A stretch of 39,359 nt of DNA, from assembly GCA_046754465.1 (NCBI GenBank), contig JBHHVU010000027.1, positions 1 to 39,359 on the forward strand. The letters are read 5' to 3'. The position numbers were made by a program, and so were the translations under genes. Positions 1 through 8,982 of the stretch are shown here, one piece after another. The stretch's first letter is position 1; every line of letters begins with the position of its first letter. The notes beneath the pieces were generated by a model that saw nothing but the letters and a program-made list of their open reading frames with translations, did no database searches and was not told the DNA's origin. This DNA comes from Nitrospinaceae bacterium (GTDB lineage: Bacteria > Nitrospinota > Nitrospinia > Nitrospinales > VA-1).

Positions 1-50
1 GGCCTGTAGAGGACTTGCACCTCCAAGTAGGTGCGCCCTGCCGGGCGCAC
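1..50 (-). mobile_element. 5' end of a group II intron, class C (IIC); truncated by the window edge
   Basis: Minus strand from position 50 reads GTGCGCCCGGCAGGGCGCACCTACTTGGAGGTGCAAGTCCTCTACAGGCC. This has the GUGYG 5' splice motif and the GTGCGCCCGGCA start typical of IIC introns. It begins right after the U-tract of a rho-independent terminator, the characteristic IIC target. Confidence 0.8.
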
Positions 51-84
51 AAATAGAAAGGCCCCCGGAACTATCCGGGGGCCT
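51..84 (-). terminator. Rho-independent terminator downstream of fliE
   Basis: 11-bp stem aggcccccgga (59-69) / tccgggggcct (74-84) with a 4-nt loop, followed on the minus strand by ttctattt. Confidence 0.85.
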
Positions 85-106
85 CCAAAACAAAACCGCT
101 ATGCGG

Positions 107-430
107 TTAAATCTGGGTGCGCATCACTTCCTGGTAGGCTTCTACAATTTTATTCCTCACCTGCATGGTCAACCGAAAGGCGAGATCGGCCTTGTTGACG
201 GCGATCATGGTCTCATGAATATTGGCGGATTCTCCGGAGACGAAATCCTTGATGGCCAAGTCCGCCTCTTTTTGGAGATCGTTGACTTTTTCAAGCGATT
301 GAGTGAGGGTGTCAGCAAATGAGGAGCCCTGTTCTCCCACATCAGCGGATTTCCTTAATTCAATCTTTCCCGCCGCGGGCTCCACCCCCTGAAGGGCTTT
401 CAAATTGCTTTGAATGGTTATATCTCGCAT
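107..430 (-). CDS. fliE: Flagellar hook-basal body complex protein FliE
   Basis: SFADTL...VNDLQ and C-terminal IHETMIAVNKADLAFRLTMQVRNKIVEAYQEVMRTQI are typical of FliE. Confidence 0.95.
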   Translation of the reverse strand: MRDITIQSNLKALQGVEPAAGKIELRKSADVGEQGSSFADTLTQSLEKVNDLQKEADLAIKDFVSGESANIHETMIAVNKADLAFRLTMQVRNKIVEAYQEVMRTQI

Positions 431-458
431 TTTCTTTAATTAGAAGTTCAACGAAATC

Positions 459-487
459 AAGATAAATCTTTACGTGACCCCTGTCAA
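459..487 (-). promoter_or_regulatory. Putative sigma-70 promoter for fliE inside the flgB-fliE gap
   Basis: Minus strand TTGACA (487-482), 17-nt spacer, TATCTT (464-459). Confidence 0.55.
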
Positions 488-522
488 CCCATTTCAATTA
501 CGTTCCCGCCGGAAATTTTTTC

Positions 523-951
523 CTACTGCTGGGGAAGTTCCGTCACCGCGCTACGAATGGTCGAGCCCCGCTTCATCATCATTTGGGTCACCGCATTGTA
601 TCGAATTTGATTTTCGGCCAACTTTGCCATTTCCTTATCGATGTTCACGTTGTTGCCGTTGGACTTGGAGGCACTCACTTCCTCGAACGGCTGGGGAGAA
701 AGATTTTTGATGGACTGCGCGGAGGGACCAAAATGTTTTTCATTCGTGGTCCGCAATTTCAAGGTTCCGCCGCCTCCCATGACTTCCCGCAACTGATCCT
801 GAAAATTGATGTCGTGAGAGATATATCCGGGGGTGTCCAAATTGCCTATGTTGCTGGAAATAAGAAGATGCCTTGCCGCCTGGAAATCCAAGCTCTTTTT
901 CATCATCTTTGGAACTTGGTCGGAAAATAATAATTTGTCGATTAGGCTCAT
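523..951 (-). CDS. flgB: Flagellar basal body rod protein FlgB
   Basis: RHLLISSNIGNLDTPGY and NGNNVNIDKEMAKLAENQIRY motifs. ATG at 951 is preceded by a GGAGA RBS; the ORF-track start at 969 lies too close to the promoter. Confidence 0.95.
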   Translation of the reverse strand: MSLIDKLLFSDQVPKMMKKSLDFQAARHLLISSNIGNLDTPGYISHDINFQDQLREVMGGGGTLKLRTTNEKHFGPSAQSIKNLSPQPFEEVSASKSNGNNVNIDKEMAKLAENQIRYNAVTQMMMKRGSTIRSAVTELPQQ

Positions 952-974
952 TGTTTTCTCCTGACCCAATTAAA

Positions 975-990
975 AGCAATTTGTATGCCA
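975..990 (-). promoter_or_regulatory. Sigma-54 (-24/-12) promoter of flgB
   Basis: Minus strand TGGCAT-ACAAA-TTGCT matches TGGCAC-N5-TTGCW with correct GG-N10-GC spacing. Confidence 0.85.
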
Positions 991-1075
991 TCTCATGTCA
1001 AAACTGTTTATTTTTTGATTATTAATCGATTATGATTTTCCACTAGTTTGCCCCGCCAGGGATGTCCGCCGCTCA

Positions 1076-1113
1076 GGGGTTAAATTTCCCCCACCCGGAA
1101 AATTTTGCCGGGT
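1076..1113. promoter_or_regulatory. Two palindromic candidate enhancer (UAS) sites for a sigma-54 activator
   Basis: ggggttaaatttcccc (1076-1091) and acccggaaaattttgccgggt (1093-1113). Centres are about 20 bp apart, roughly 90-120 bp upstream of the -24 element, with an AT-rich spacer before the promoter. Confidence 0.5.
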
Positions 1114-1250
1114 AAATGTTTCACGGTGAAGAAATATTTTCCATCAATCCCGCCGGAACGGAATAAACTAAAAACTCCAGGGAAAGTTATGTATACTATT
1201 TTTAAACTGTGTTAAAAATTTACTCATAATAACATTTTAAATAACCCTTC

Positions 1251-4085
1251 ATGATCGATTTAGGCCATCTGGGCCAGCAATTACAAAAATTCGGCAAGGA
1301 AAACCTGTCCGACATCCTTCACTATATGACCACTGGGCTGAAGAACCGCTATCAGTGCAAGATGGTCCGGGTTTATTTGGAGGATTTATATGAAGGCATG
1401 CTCATCTGCCAGTACGTGACGGGACAAAACCAACCCGCGGCCCAGCAAATCACCCAGTTCATTTCTCCCCAGGCGTCGATCATGTCCCACGCGTTCATCG
1501 AAAACAAGATCATCCTGTCCTGGGACCTGCCTGACGGATACACCAAATTCAGGAATCCGTTCGAAAAAATGTCCGGGATCAAGGCCTCGGCGGTTTTTCC
1601 CATCACCCACCAACTCCGGCCGATAGGAACCTTAAGTCTCGATTGGGGAAAGGAGGGGGAATTTTTATCTCCTTCGGAAATTCTGTCCATCACCACGTTT
1701 TTATCGACGGTCAGCTGGGTCATTGAGCGGGCGAAACGTTTTCATCAGCAGATTTCGTTTTCGAAACATCTGGACCTGGCCCGCAAGAAGGAAGCCGCCT
1801 GGCGTCTTGTCCGCTCGGCGGTCCATTTTATCGACAACCTGGAGCTGGCCGCGGTCCTGGTCCCCTCCTCCACCCAGAACCTGAAAACCCAGTCGGACCA
1901 CCCTTCCGACCTGGTGGAGGTTTTCGCGGTATTTTCCAGGAACAAAAAAGACGCCCTGATCTATGACAACAAGGACCAGATCAGCATCATCAACGATGAA
2001 AACCTTTTGAACCAAACGGTGAAATATGATCCGTCCCGGGGCCTGGTGGCCCGGACCCCGGGACAGGAATCGTTTTACATCGAAAATATCATGGCCGAAA
2101 AGTTCACCCGGAAATCCGTCGCCCGGGAAATCAAACTGTTTTCGCTTTACCAGTTTCCCAAATTCGACAAGAAAACCGGTCAATTCCTGTGCGTGGTCAA
2201 TTACTACACGAGCTGCCCTTACCCGTTCACGGAGTTCGAGAAAATGCTCCTGAAGGACCACGCTTCCATGGTGGAAAAACTGATCGTCCAGGAAAGCCCG
2301 GAAAGAATCGAAATTCAGGTTTTGGGAGAAATCGAGGAACTCCTCTCCAGTGAGGATAATTCGCTGCAAACCTTTCTCCATAAAATCCTGGATAAAACAT
2401 CGGAATTGATCGGGGCGCACAGCGGCACGATTTCCGTGCTCAAGATTCAGGACGGCAAACCCTGGCTGATCGTCGAAGAGGAAGATGGCAAGCTGGTAGG
2501 GGCGAAATCCCGCGGCTGGATGAAGAGTAAGATTCCTGCCCTCCAGGTGGGGGGCGCCGAATTGCCCCTCGGTCAAAGGTCGCTGAACGGCTATTGCGCT
2601 CATTCCGCGCGGCCCATCCTGATGAATAACGTTCATGATGACCAATCCACCCAGAGTTTCTACAAAAGTCTTTCTCCCGCGATCCGGTCGGAACTGGCGG
2701 TGCCGATCATCTACGGCAACAGCGTTCTGGGGGTCATCAACCAGGACAGTTTCCGGAAAGATTATTTTACGGAAGAACACAAAAGAATTCTGCAGATCAT
2801 CGCCAGCCTGATCAGCCAGAAGTTTCATAACCTGAAGCAGATCGAGGAGCTCCGGCAAGAGATCATCCAGCTCCGCCGGGATATCGAATACCGGGATCCC
2901 AAGGTCTCTTCCTATTACTTCGGGAACGTGATCGGGAAAAGTAAAAACATTCATTCCCTGGTCAACCAGATCAACATCGTGGTGGAATCCATCTGCAACC
3001 GCATGCTGCAATGGGATGCCGCGAGGCAAAGGGAATCTTCCACCGGCCTGCCCTGTTTGCTCCTGTATGGGGAAACGGGCACCGGCAAGGAGTTTTTCTT
3101 CAACAATATTTATTCCCGCATCACGGAAATATTTCAAAAAGAAAGGGGGATGAACTTCAAACTTCCCCTAAAAAAGACCAACATTGCCGCCTACAGCGGG
3201 GAACTGACCTACAGCGAATTGTTCGGTCATAAAAAAGGCGCCTTCACGGGGGCGGAATTCCACCGCCAGGGGATTCTGGAGGAAGCGGACACCGGCGTCG
3301 TGTTCCTGGATGAAATCGGCGACACGGACCCCAAAACCCAGGTGCAATTGTTACGCTTCCTGGATACCGGTGTTTTTCTGCGTTTGGGAGAGAACCAGCC
3401 ACGGTATGCCAAACTGTTTCTCATCGCCGCAACCAATAAAGACCTGCGGGAAGAAATCATAAAGGGGCGATTCCGGGAAGATCTTTACCATCGGTTGAAC
3501 GCCTTGAGTTTCCGCATCCCCTCCCTCAATGAGCGGCAGGAGGACATCGAGGACCTGGCCACTCATTTTCTGGGCATTCTGTTCAATACCTATAAGAAGG
3601 ATTCCGGCGAAACCACGGCACCTCAATTGGAACGGGAAGCCATCGAACAGTTGAAGCGCTATTCTTACCGGGGAAACGTCCGGGAATTAAAAAACATCCT
3701 CCTCCGCGCCATGCTTTTCAGGAAAGGCCCATCGATCAGGAAAGAAGATATTCTCCGGGCATGCCAGGCCCAGCCTTCCGACTCAAAACCAGACACGGAT
3801 TCCCCAGCCAACGGTTACGTGGATTCGGTATTGAAACAACTGGAATCGGGTGAGGAAGACTTTTGGTCCGCGGTTCACCAGCCTTTCCGGGAGAACCGGA
3901 TCACCCGGGACACGGTCAAGTCCATTATCCTGTCCGCCAAGTCCCGGTACCAAACCACTTTGCCCGGTCTGGCGATCAAGCTGAAGGTTTGCAGCACCCA
4001 GATGCAGACCGATCCGTCCGAGATGAAAAAATTTATCAGCTTCAAGAATTTTATTTATAAAACGGTGAAGATTTCATCCAATTAA
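1251..4085 (+). CDS. Sigma-54-dependent enhancer-binding protein with multiple N-terminal GAF domains
   Basis: Walker A GETGTGKE, SELFGHKKGAFTGA, Walker B VFLDEIG, RFREDLYHRL, GNVRELKN. GAF motifs IKASAVFPI..IGTLSLD and IRSELAVPIIYGNSVLGVINQDS. Confidence 0.92.
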   Translation: MIDLGHLGQQLQKFGKENLSDILHYMTTGLKNRYQCKMVRVYLEDLYEGMLICQYVTGQNQPAAQQITQFISPQASIMSHAFIENKIILSWDLPDGYTKFRNPFEKMSGIKASAVFPITHQLRPIGTLSLDWGKEGEFLSPSEILSITTFLSTVSWVIERAKRFHQQISFSKHLDLARKKEAAWRLVRSAVHFIDNLELAAVLVPSSTQNLKTQSDHPSDLVEVFAVFSRNKKDALIYDNKDQISIINDENLLNQTVKYDPSRGLVARTPGQESFYIENIMAEKFTRKSVAREIKLFSLYQFPKFDKKTGQFLCVVNYYTSCPYPFTEFEKMLLKDHASMVEKLIVQESPERIEIQVLGEIEELLSSEDNSLQTFLHKILDKTSELIGAHSGTISVLKIQDGKPWLIVEEEDGKLVGAKSRGWMKSKIPALQVGGAELPLGQRSLNGYCAHSARPILMNNVHDDQSTQSFYKSLSPAIRSELAVPIIYGNSVLGVINQDSFRKDYFTEEHKRILQIIASLISQKFHNLKQIEELRQEIIQLRRDIEYRDPKVSSYYFGNVIGKSKNIHSLVNQINIVVESICNRMLQWDAARQRESSTGLPCLLLYGETGTGKEFFFNNIYSRITEIFQKERGMNFKLPLKKTNIAAYSGELTYSELFGHKKGAFTGAEFHRQGILEEADTGVVFLDEIGDTDPKTQVQLLRFLDTGVFLRLGENQPRYAKLFLIAATNKDLREEIIKGRFREDLYHRLNALSFRIPSLNERQEDIEDLATHFLGILFNTYKKDSGETTAPQLEREAIEQLKRYSYRGNVRELKNILLRAMLFRKGPSIRKEDILRACQAQPSDSKPDTDSPANGYVDSVLKQLESGEEDFWSAVHQPFRENRITRDTVKSIILSAKSRYQTTLPGLAIKLKVCSTQMQTDPSEMKKFISFKNFIYKTVKISSN

Positions 4086-4086
4086 A

Positions 4087-4356
4087 TCAGGTGTACTCCT
4101 TGTAGGCTTGGATCACACGGTCGCGAAGGTAAGTTTTGAATTCGGGGCTTTTTGCGATGATCAAATCGTGGTATTCATTGTCACGGCCTTTTCGGGCAGG
4201 GAAGCCAAGAAACAACCCCCCCTGTTTGCTTTGAAGGATCCGGATTCCGCGAAGGATCAGGCAATCCTCCAGCGTCACCTCCGCGTAAGCCCGGATGTTG
4301 GAAAATTCCTCTCCCGTATCGAAGGGATAAATTTTAACCTCGGTGATTTTTATCAT
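4087..4356 (-). CDS. spoVG: SpoVG family protein
   Basis: KITEVKI..., IRAYAEVTLEDCLILRGIRI..GGLFLGFPARK....YHD signature. Confidence 0.88.
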   Translation of the reverse strand: MIKITEVKIYPFDTGEEFSNIRAYAEVTLEDCLILRGIRILQSKQGGLFLGFPARKGRDNEYHDLIIAKSPEFKTYLRDRVIQAYKEYT

Positions 4357-4621
4357 TGAATTTCAAGCCCATGGATCGACGGTCCATTTGATTCAAAATC
4401 CTCGATCCCGGAAAATCCCTCAGGTTGTTCTAGACGGAATAAATAAAAACATTTAAACTATAAAAGTAAGATGTTCTACCACCCTCTTCCAAAAGAGGGT
4501 GCATCATTCGTTAAATTCACGGGACATCCGGTCCCTCCAAAAATCCCGAGTCACACAGGCTTCGCCGGACGAAATTCATAATACCATTGGAATCTTAATA
4601 AACATCATGGAGGAGAACAAT

Positions 4622-5929
4622 ATGCCCACAGCCTTGTCCGCTGAAAAATATAAAGTCAAGGACCTTTCCCTGGCGGATTGGGGAAGACAGGAAATTATTT
4701 TGGCGGAAAATGAGATGCCCGGCCTGATGGCCCTGCGTAAAAAATACGGCGCGTCCAAGCCCCTGAAGGGAGCCCGGATCGCCGGTTCCCTGCACATGAC
4801 CATCCAGACCGCGGTCTTGATCGAGACACTGATCGAACTGGGCGCGGAAATTCGCTGGGCTTCCTGCAACATTTTTTCCACTCAGGATCAGGCTGCGGCG
4901 GCCATCGCCAAGGAAGGAATCCCGGTCTTCGCCTGGAAAGGGGAAACCGAGGAGGAATATTGGTGGTGCACCGGTCAAACCCTCCTCTTCGATAACGATC
5001 AAGCTCCCAATATGGTCCTCGATGACGGCGGCGACCTCACCTATTACCTGCACAAGAATCATCCGGAACTGCTTGCCGGAATCAAGGGGATCACCGAGGA
5101 GACCACCACGGGGGTTCATAAACTTTACAAGATGCTCGAGGACAAAACCCTCAAGGTTCCGGCGATGAACGTCAACGACTCCGTCACCAAGTCCAAATTT
5201 GACAATCTGTACGGATGCAGGGAATCACTGGCCGACGGCATCAAACGCGCGACGGACATCATGGTGGCCGGCAAGGTTGTGGTCATCGCGGGATACGGGG
5301 ATGTGGGCAAGGGTTGCGCCAAATCCATGCGCGATCTGGGGGCCAGGGTCATCGTCACGGAAATCGATCCCATCTGCGCCCTCCAGGCGGCGATGGAGGG
5401 TTACGAGGTCACCACCATGGAAGAAGCCGTCCAGGAAGGGAACATTTTCGTCACCACCACGGGGTGCAGGGATATTATTCGGGTCGAGCACATGGAAAAA
5501 ATGAAAAACGACGCGATTGTCTGCAATATCGGTCACTTCGATGTTGAGATCCAGGTGGAACAACTGAAGAAATTTTCCGGAATCAAGAAAATCGAGATCA
5601 AACCCCAGGTAGACAAGTATACGTTTCCCGACGGACACAGCATCATCCTGCTGGCGGAAGGCCGGTTGGTGAATCTAGGGTGCGCGACCGGGCACCCGTC
5701 CTTTGTCATGTCCAACTCCTTCACCAACCAGGTCCTGGCGCAAATCGAACTGTTTAACAATCATTATGAAATCGGCGTTTACACCCTTCCCAAAAAACTA
5801 GATGAGGAAGTCGCCCGGCTGCACATCGGGAAACTGGGGGTCAAGTTAACCCGATTGACGCCGGAACAGGCGGAATACCTGAACCTACCGGTCGAGGGTC
5901 CTTACAAACCCAATTTCTACCGTTACTGA
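4622..5929 (+). CDS. ahcY: Adenosylhomocysteinase (SAH hydrolase)
   Basis: [54 protein letters not shown]. Likely start is ATG 4622 after a GGAGGAG RBS. Confidence 0.98.
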   Translation: MPTALSAEKYKVKDLSLADWGRQEIILAENEMPGLMALRKKYGASKPLKGARIAGSLHMTIQTAVLIETLIELGAEIRWASCNIFSTQDQAAAAIAKEGIPVFAWKGETEEEYWWCTGQTLLFDNDQAPNMVLDDGGDLTYYLHKNHPELLAGIKGITEETTTGVHKLYKMLEDKTLKVPAMNVNDSVTKSKFDNLYGCRESLADGIKRATDIMVAGKVVVIAGYGDVGKGCAKSMRDLGARVIVTEIDPICALQAAMEGYEVTTMEEAVQEGNIFVTTTGCRDIIRVEHMEKMKNDAIVCNIGHFDVEIQVEQLKKFSGIKKIEIKPQVDKYTFPDGHSIILLAEGRLVNLGCATGHPSFVMSNSFTNQVLAQIELFNNHYEIGVYTLPKKLDEEVARLHIGKLGVKLTRLTPEQAEYLNLPVEGPYKPNFYRY

Positions 5930-5988
5930 GAGGTTTTTCTTTTACAGCTTTCCGGAAGATACGGCATCCACCCGGTTATGGGTTGATC

Positions 5989-7032
5989 TTATAATTCATT
6001 TGGACCGCCCAGTTCCATGACGGATTCCTCTTCCACTTTATCGTATGGATAAATGGGGTTGGTGATGTTTTTGAGGGATTCAGACCGCTGGATGGCCTCC
6101 ACGCCTTCCTTGCCGATCCTGTTGCCCCAGAGTTTTAAAATTTTCAGCCTGGTGAGGGCCTTTGATTTCCCCAAGGCGGCGGCTCCTTCGGCGGTGATCG
6201 CGTTCCATTGCAAATCCAGTTGTTCAAGATTCCGGAGCCCCTCCATGAGGGCCAATCCCTTGACGCCCGCGTCACCCAGCTTGTTTTTTTTCAAATCCCA
6301 TTTTTCCAGGTGGATCAGCCAGGGAGAATCTTTCAACAGGATGATTCCTTCCGCATCAATTCCATTGCCTGAAAGATCCAGCACCCGGACTTTTCGTAGA
6401 TAGGGGGAGTGGGCGAGTGCGACCAACCCCTCGTTCCCGATGCGATTCCTCCCCAGCTTCAATACCCTTAGATTTTTCAGAGCTTCGGATTGAGCGATGG
6501 CCCGGGCTCCCTCGGAATCGATCCCGTTTCCGGTGAGATCCAGGGAAACCAGCTGCGTCAGGGTTTTCGATTCGGCCAAAGCCCGGACTCCCTGGGTCCC
6601 GATCTTGTTGTTCCAGAAATTGAGTTCGGCCAGATTTTTAAAGTTGCCGGATGACGCGATCGCCCGGGCTCCCCCCGCTCCAATTTGATTATTAAACAGG
6701 TTCAGCACCCTGAGATTTTTCAAATATTTTGATCGGGCCAAAGCCCCGGCACCCTCGTCTGACATTCCATGGCTTTTCAATATCAGTATTTCCACGTTTC
6801 TCAGCAACCGGGATTTAGCGAGATCCCAGATTCCCGAGTCGCCGAGTAATCCACTGTTTTTCATTTCCAGGAGGGTGCCGTTCTCCTTCAGGTCTTTAAA
6901 TATTAATGCGTTGATATCGAACGCTCGAGCGGAAGAAAGGTCGAAAGTCAAAACAAAACAAAGGGCCGCCAAAACCCCAATTTTCAACCCGCCTTTTTTA
7001 TCCATGATCATGACCTGCCTTGGATACCTCAT
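5989..7032 (-). CDS. Exported leucine-rich repeat protein (about 9 x 27-aa RI/GALA-like repeats)
   Basis: Repeat consensus LxxLxLxxNxIGxxGAxALAxSxxL. Hydrophobic signal-like segment IGVLAALCFVLTFDLSSARA. Start uncertain (7032, 7011 or 7005). Confidence 0.85.
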   Translation of the reverse strand: MRYPRQVMIMDKKGGLKIGVLAALCFVLTFDLSSARAFDINALIFKDLKENGTLLEMKNSGLLGDSGIWDLAKSRLLRNVEILILKSHGMSDEGAGALARSKYLKNLRVLNLFNNQIGAGGARAIASSGNFKNLAELNFWNNKIGTQGVRALAESKTLTQLVSLDLTGNGIDSEGARAIAQSEALKNLRVLKLGRNRIGNEGLVALAHSPYLRKVRVLDLSGNGIDAEGIILLKDSPWLIHLEKWDLKKNKLGDAGVKGLALMEGLRNLEQLDLQWNAITAEGAAALGKSKALTRLKILKLWGNRIGKEGVEAIQRSESLKNITNPIYPYDKVEEESVMELGGPNEL

Positions 7033-7051
7033 CCCTCTCCCATCCCATGGG

Positions 7052-7936
7052 TCAAAGAGGATTTTCAAGGAAAAATTCCCGCATCCAGGGGAGGATCCTT
7101 TCATGAGCATCTTCCACGACATAGTGGCCCGCGTCCTCCACCTCTCTGACGGCGGCGCCTGGGAAATACTCCCTCCACCGGCGCAGGAAATAATCGTTGA
7201 AACAAAAATCCCTTTTCCCCCAAACGATCAGCATCGGATGATCCTTAAACCGGTACAGATTTTCCTCAATGGATTTCACCACCGGATAGCTGGGAACGTC
7301 CGGCGTCATGGGAATATCCTGAACAAAACGTAGAATACCGATCCGGCCGCGGCAGGACCGGTAAGGCTCAAGATACCCCCGGCGGACTTGAGGGGTCAAC
7401 CGTTCCCGATTTTTCAACGCCCGCCGCAGCGCCCCGCGCGCGAAGGCGTTGAAACCGAGGATGGCAATCGGACCAATCAGGGGCTTCCGGCAAATGTTGA
7501 TGCTCCAGGGAATCTTGCCGGACAAAAAAGCGGCGGTATTGAACACGACCAGGCGGCTCACCTTTTCCGGATGCTTGACGGCGAAACCCATTCCTATGGC
7601 GCCGCCCCAGTCGTGCATCACCAGGGTGATCCGGTCCAGTTCCAGGGAATCGACAAGGATTTCCAGGTTTTTAATATGCCGGCTGAGCGTATACTCATAC
7701 TTCATGGGTTTTCCGGAATACCCGCATCCCATGTGGTCGGGAACCACGCATCGATACCGGTCTCTCAACCCCAGAACCAGGTGGCGGTAATAAAAGGACC
7801 AAGTGGGGTTGCCGTGCAGCATGAGGAGGGGTTCTCCCTTTCCTTCATCCAGATAATGGTAGCGCAGGGATCCCAATCGCAGGTGGTGGGAGGGGAAGGG
7901 ATAAAGATTTTCAAATGTCGGGGACCCGGTCACCAT
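7052..7936 (-). CDS. oleB: OleB-like alpha/beta hydrolase (haloalkane dehalogenase subfamily; putative beta-lactone decarboxylase)
   Basis: LYPF N-terminus, HGNPTWSFYYR, HDWGG (Asp nucleophile), AGHYVVED. Overlaps the oleA stop codon. Confidence 0.75.
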   Translation of the reverse strand: MVTGSPTFENLYPFPSHHLRLGSLRYHYLDEGKGEPLLMLHGNPTWSFYYRHLVLGLRDRYRCVVPDHMGCGYSGKPMKYEYTLSRHIKNLEILVDSLELDRITLVMHDWGGAIGMGFAVKHPEKVSRLVVFNTAAFLSGKIPWSINICRKPLIGPIAILGFNAFARGALRRALKNRERLTPQVRRGYLEPYRSCRGRIGILRFVQDIPMTPDVPSYPVVKSIEENLYRFKDHPMLIVWGKRDFCFNDYFLRRWREYFPGAAVREVEDAGHYVVEDAHERILPWMREFFLENPL

Positions 7937-8982
7937 TGAAGGCCCAACATGAGGCTATTGAGTCCGCTGCCAATGCCAAGGAGGGCGGCTTTATCCCCTT
8001 TCCGGACAGCGTTCCGTTCCGCGCCGATGGCCAGGGTCACGGGCAGCGACGCGGCCCCGGTGTTGCCCAGAAATTCCAGGGTGGAAAAATCCTTCGCCAC
8101 ATCCAATCCCAAGGTCTGATAAAGAAGTTTGCGATGATTCTGCCCGACCTGATGACAAAACACACGGTCCACTTCCTTGTTCTCCCAATTTAAAAGGGCA
8201 CGGGCGGCTTTCCAGGTTTCCCCCGCCAGCTGGCATCCTTCCTTCATCAGGTTTTCCGCGTCGGTTTCCATGAGCGGTGACCAATCGGAATGGGCGCCGC
8301 TGTCCTGGTTGCCCCGGCACAGGCCATTGAACTGAGTGGCAGCAAGGGAGATTCCTCCCAACAGCCGATGGCCCGACCGGGAAAGATCCTCGTGGGTGAG
8401 CAACACCGCCACCGCCGCGGACCCGATGGTCAGGGAGGCGAAGGAGGTTTTAATCTCCGACCGGGTAATATTGGTCCGGGACAACAGGTTCTCGATGGTG
8501 TGATGGACCAGAGGCCCCCCGTTTTCCCCCGCCACGGCCAATCCGGCGCGAATTTGCCCCATTTCGATCATGTTCGCGATATGCACCATGCCATTGAGCA
8601 CGCCCAGACAGGCATTGGAAATATCGAACACCTGGCAATGGCCGGGGAGTTTCAAATTATGATGGATCACCGAGGCAGTGGCGGGCTCCAAAAAATCCCT
8701 GCAGACCGAGGCGGAAATGAGGCATTGGATATCGGAGCGGCCTATCCCGGAATTTTCAATGGCTCTTTCGCCCGCGACGGAGGCCACCGCGCTGGGGAAG
8801 ATCCCTTTATCCCAAAACCTGCGTTCGTGGATGCCGCTCATCATTTCCAATCGGCCGAAGGGGAGCTTCAATCGCCGGTATAGGGGCGCCATCCGGTTTT
8901 CCAGTTCCTCGGAGGTGACCACATTTTCCGGCAAATGGTAGCCCAGGGCTTCTATGCACACACGGTTATATCGCATCGGCAT
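7930..8982 (-). CDS. oleA: OleA-type thiolase / 3-oxoacyl-ACP synthase III family (non-decarboxylative Claisen condensation)
   Basis: SGIHERRFW, RDFLEPATA (OleA Glu motif), DISNACLG (catalytic Cys), FASLTIGS, HQVG, GNTG, GIGSGLN. Confidence 0.85.
   Translation of the reverse strand: MPMRYNRVCIEALGYHLPENVVTSEELENRMAPLYRRLKLPFGRLEMMSGIHERRFWDKGIFPSAVASVAGERAIENSGIGRSDIQCLISASVCRDFLEPATASVIHHNLKLPGHCQVFDISNACLGVLNGMVHIANMIEMGQIRAGLAVAGENGGPLVHHTIENLLSRTNITRSEIKTSFASLTIGSAAVAVLLTHEDLSRSGHRLLGGISLAATQFNGLCRGNQDSGAHSDWSPLMETDAENLMKEGCQLAGETWKAARALLNWENKEVDRVFCHQVGQNHRKLLYQTLGLDVAKDFSTLEFLGNTGAASLPVTLAIGAERNAVRKGDKAALLGIGSGLNSLMLGLQW

Noticed and set aside
1701..3137. Long antisense ORFs (e.g. 1701-3137, 12379-13350, 17691-18581, 22480-23526, 32760-33830, 35503-36333)
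   Set aside because: They are shadows on the opposite strand of well-supported genes, expected from codon bias, and carry no recognisable motifs.
4357..4621. Possible SAH riboswitch upstream of ahcY
   Set aside because: Small hairpins exist (caccctctt/aagagggtg, gggac/gtccc), but the conserved GAGGAGCG...CAGGCUC...GGCGCUC pattern is not present.
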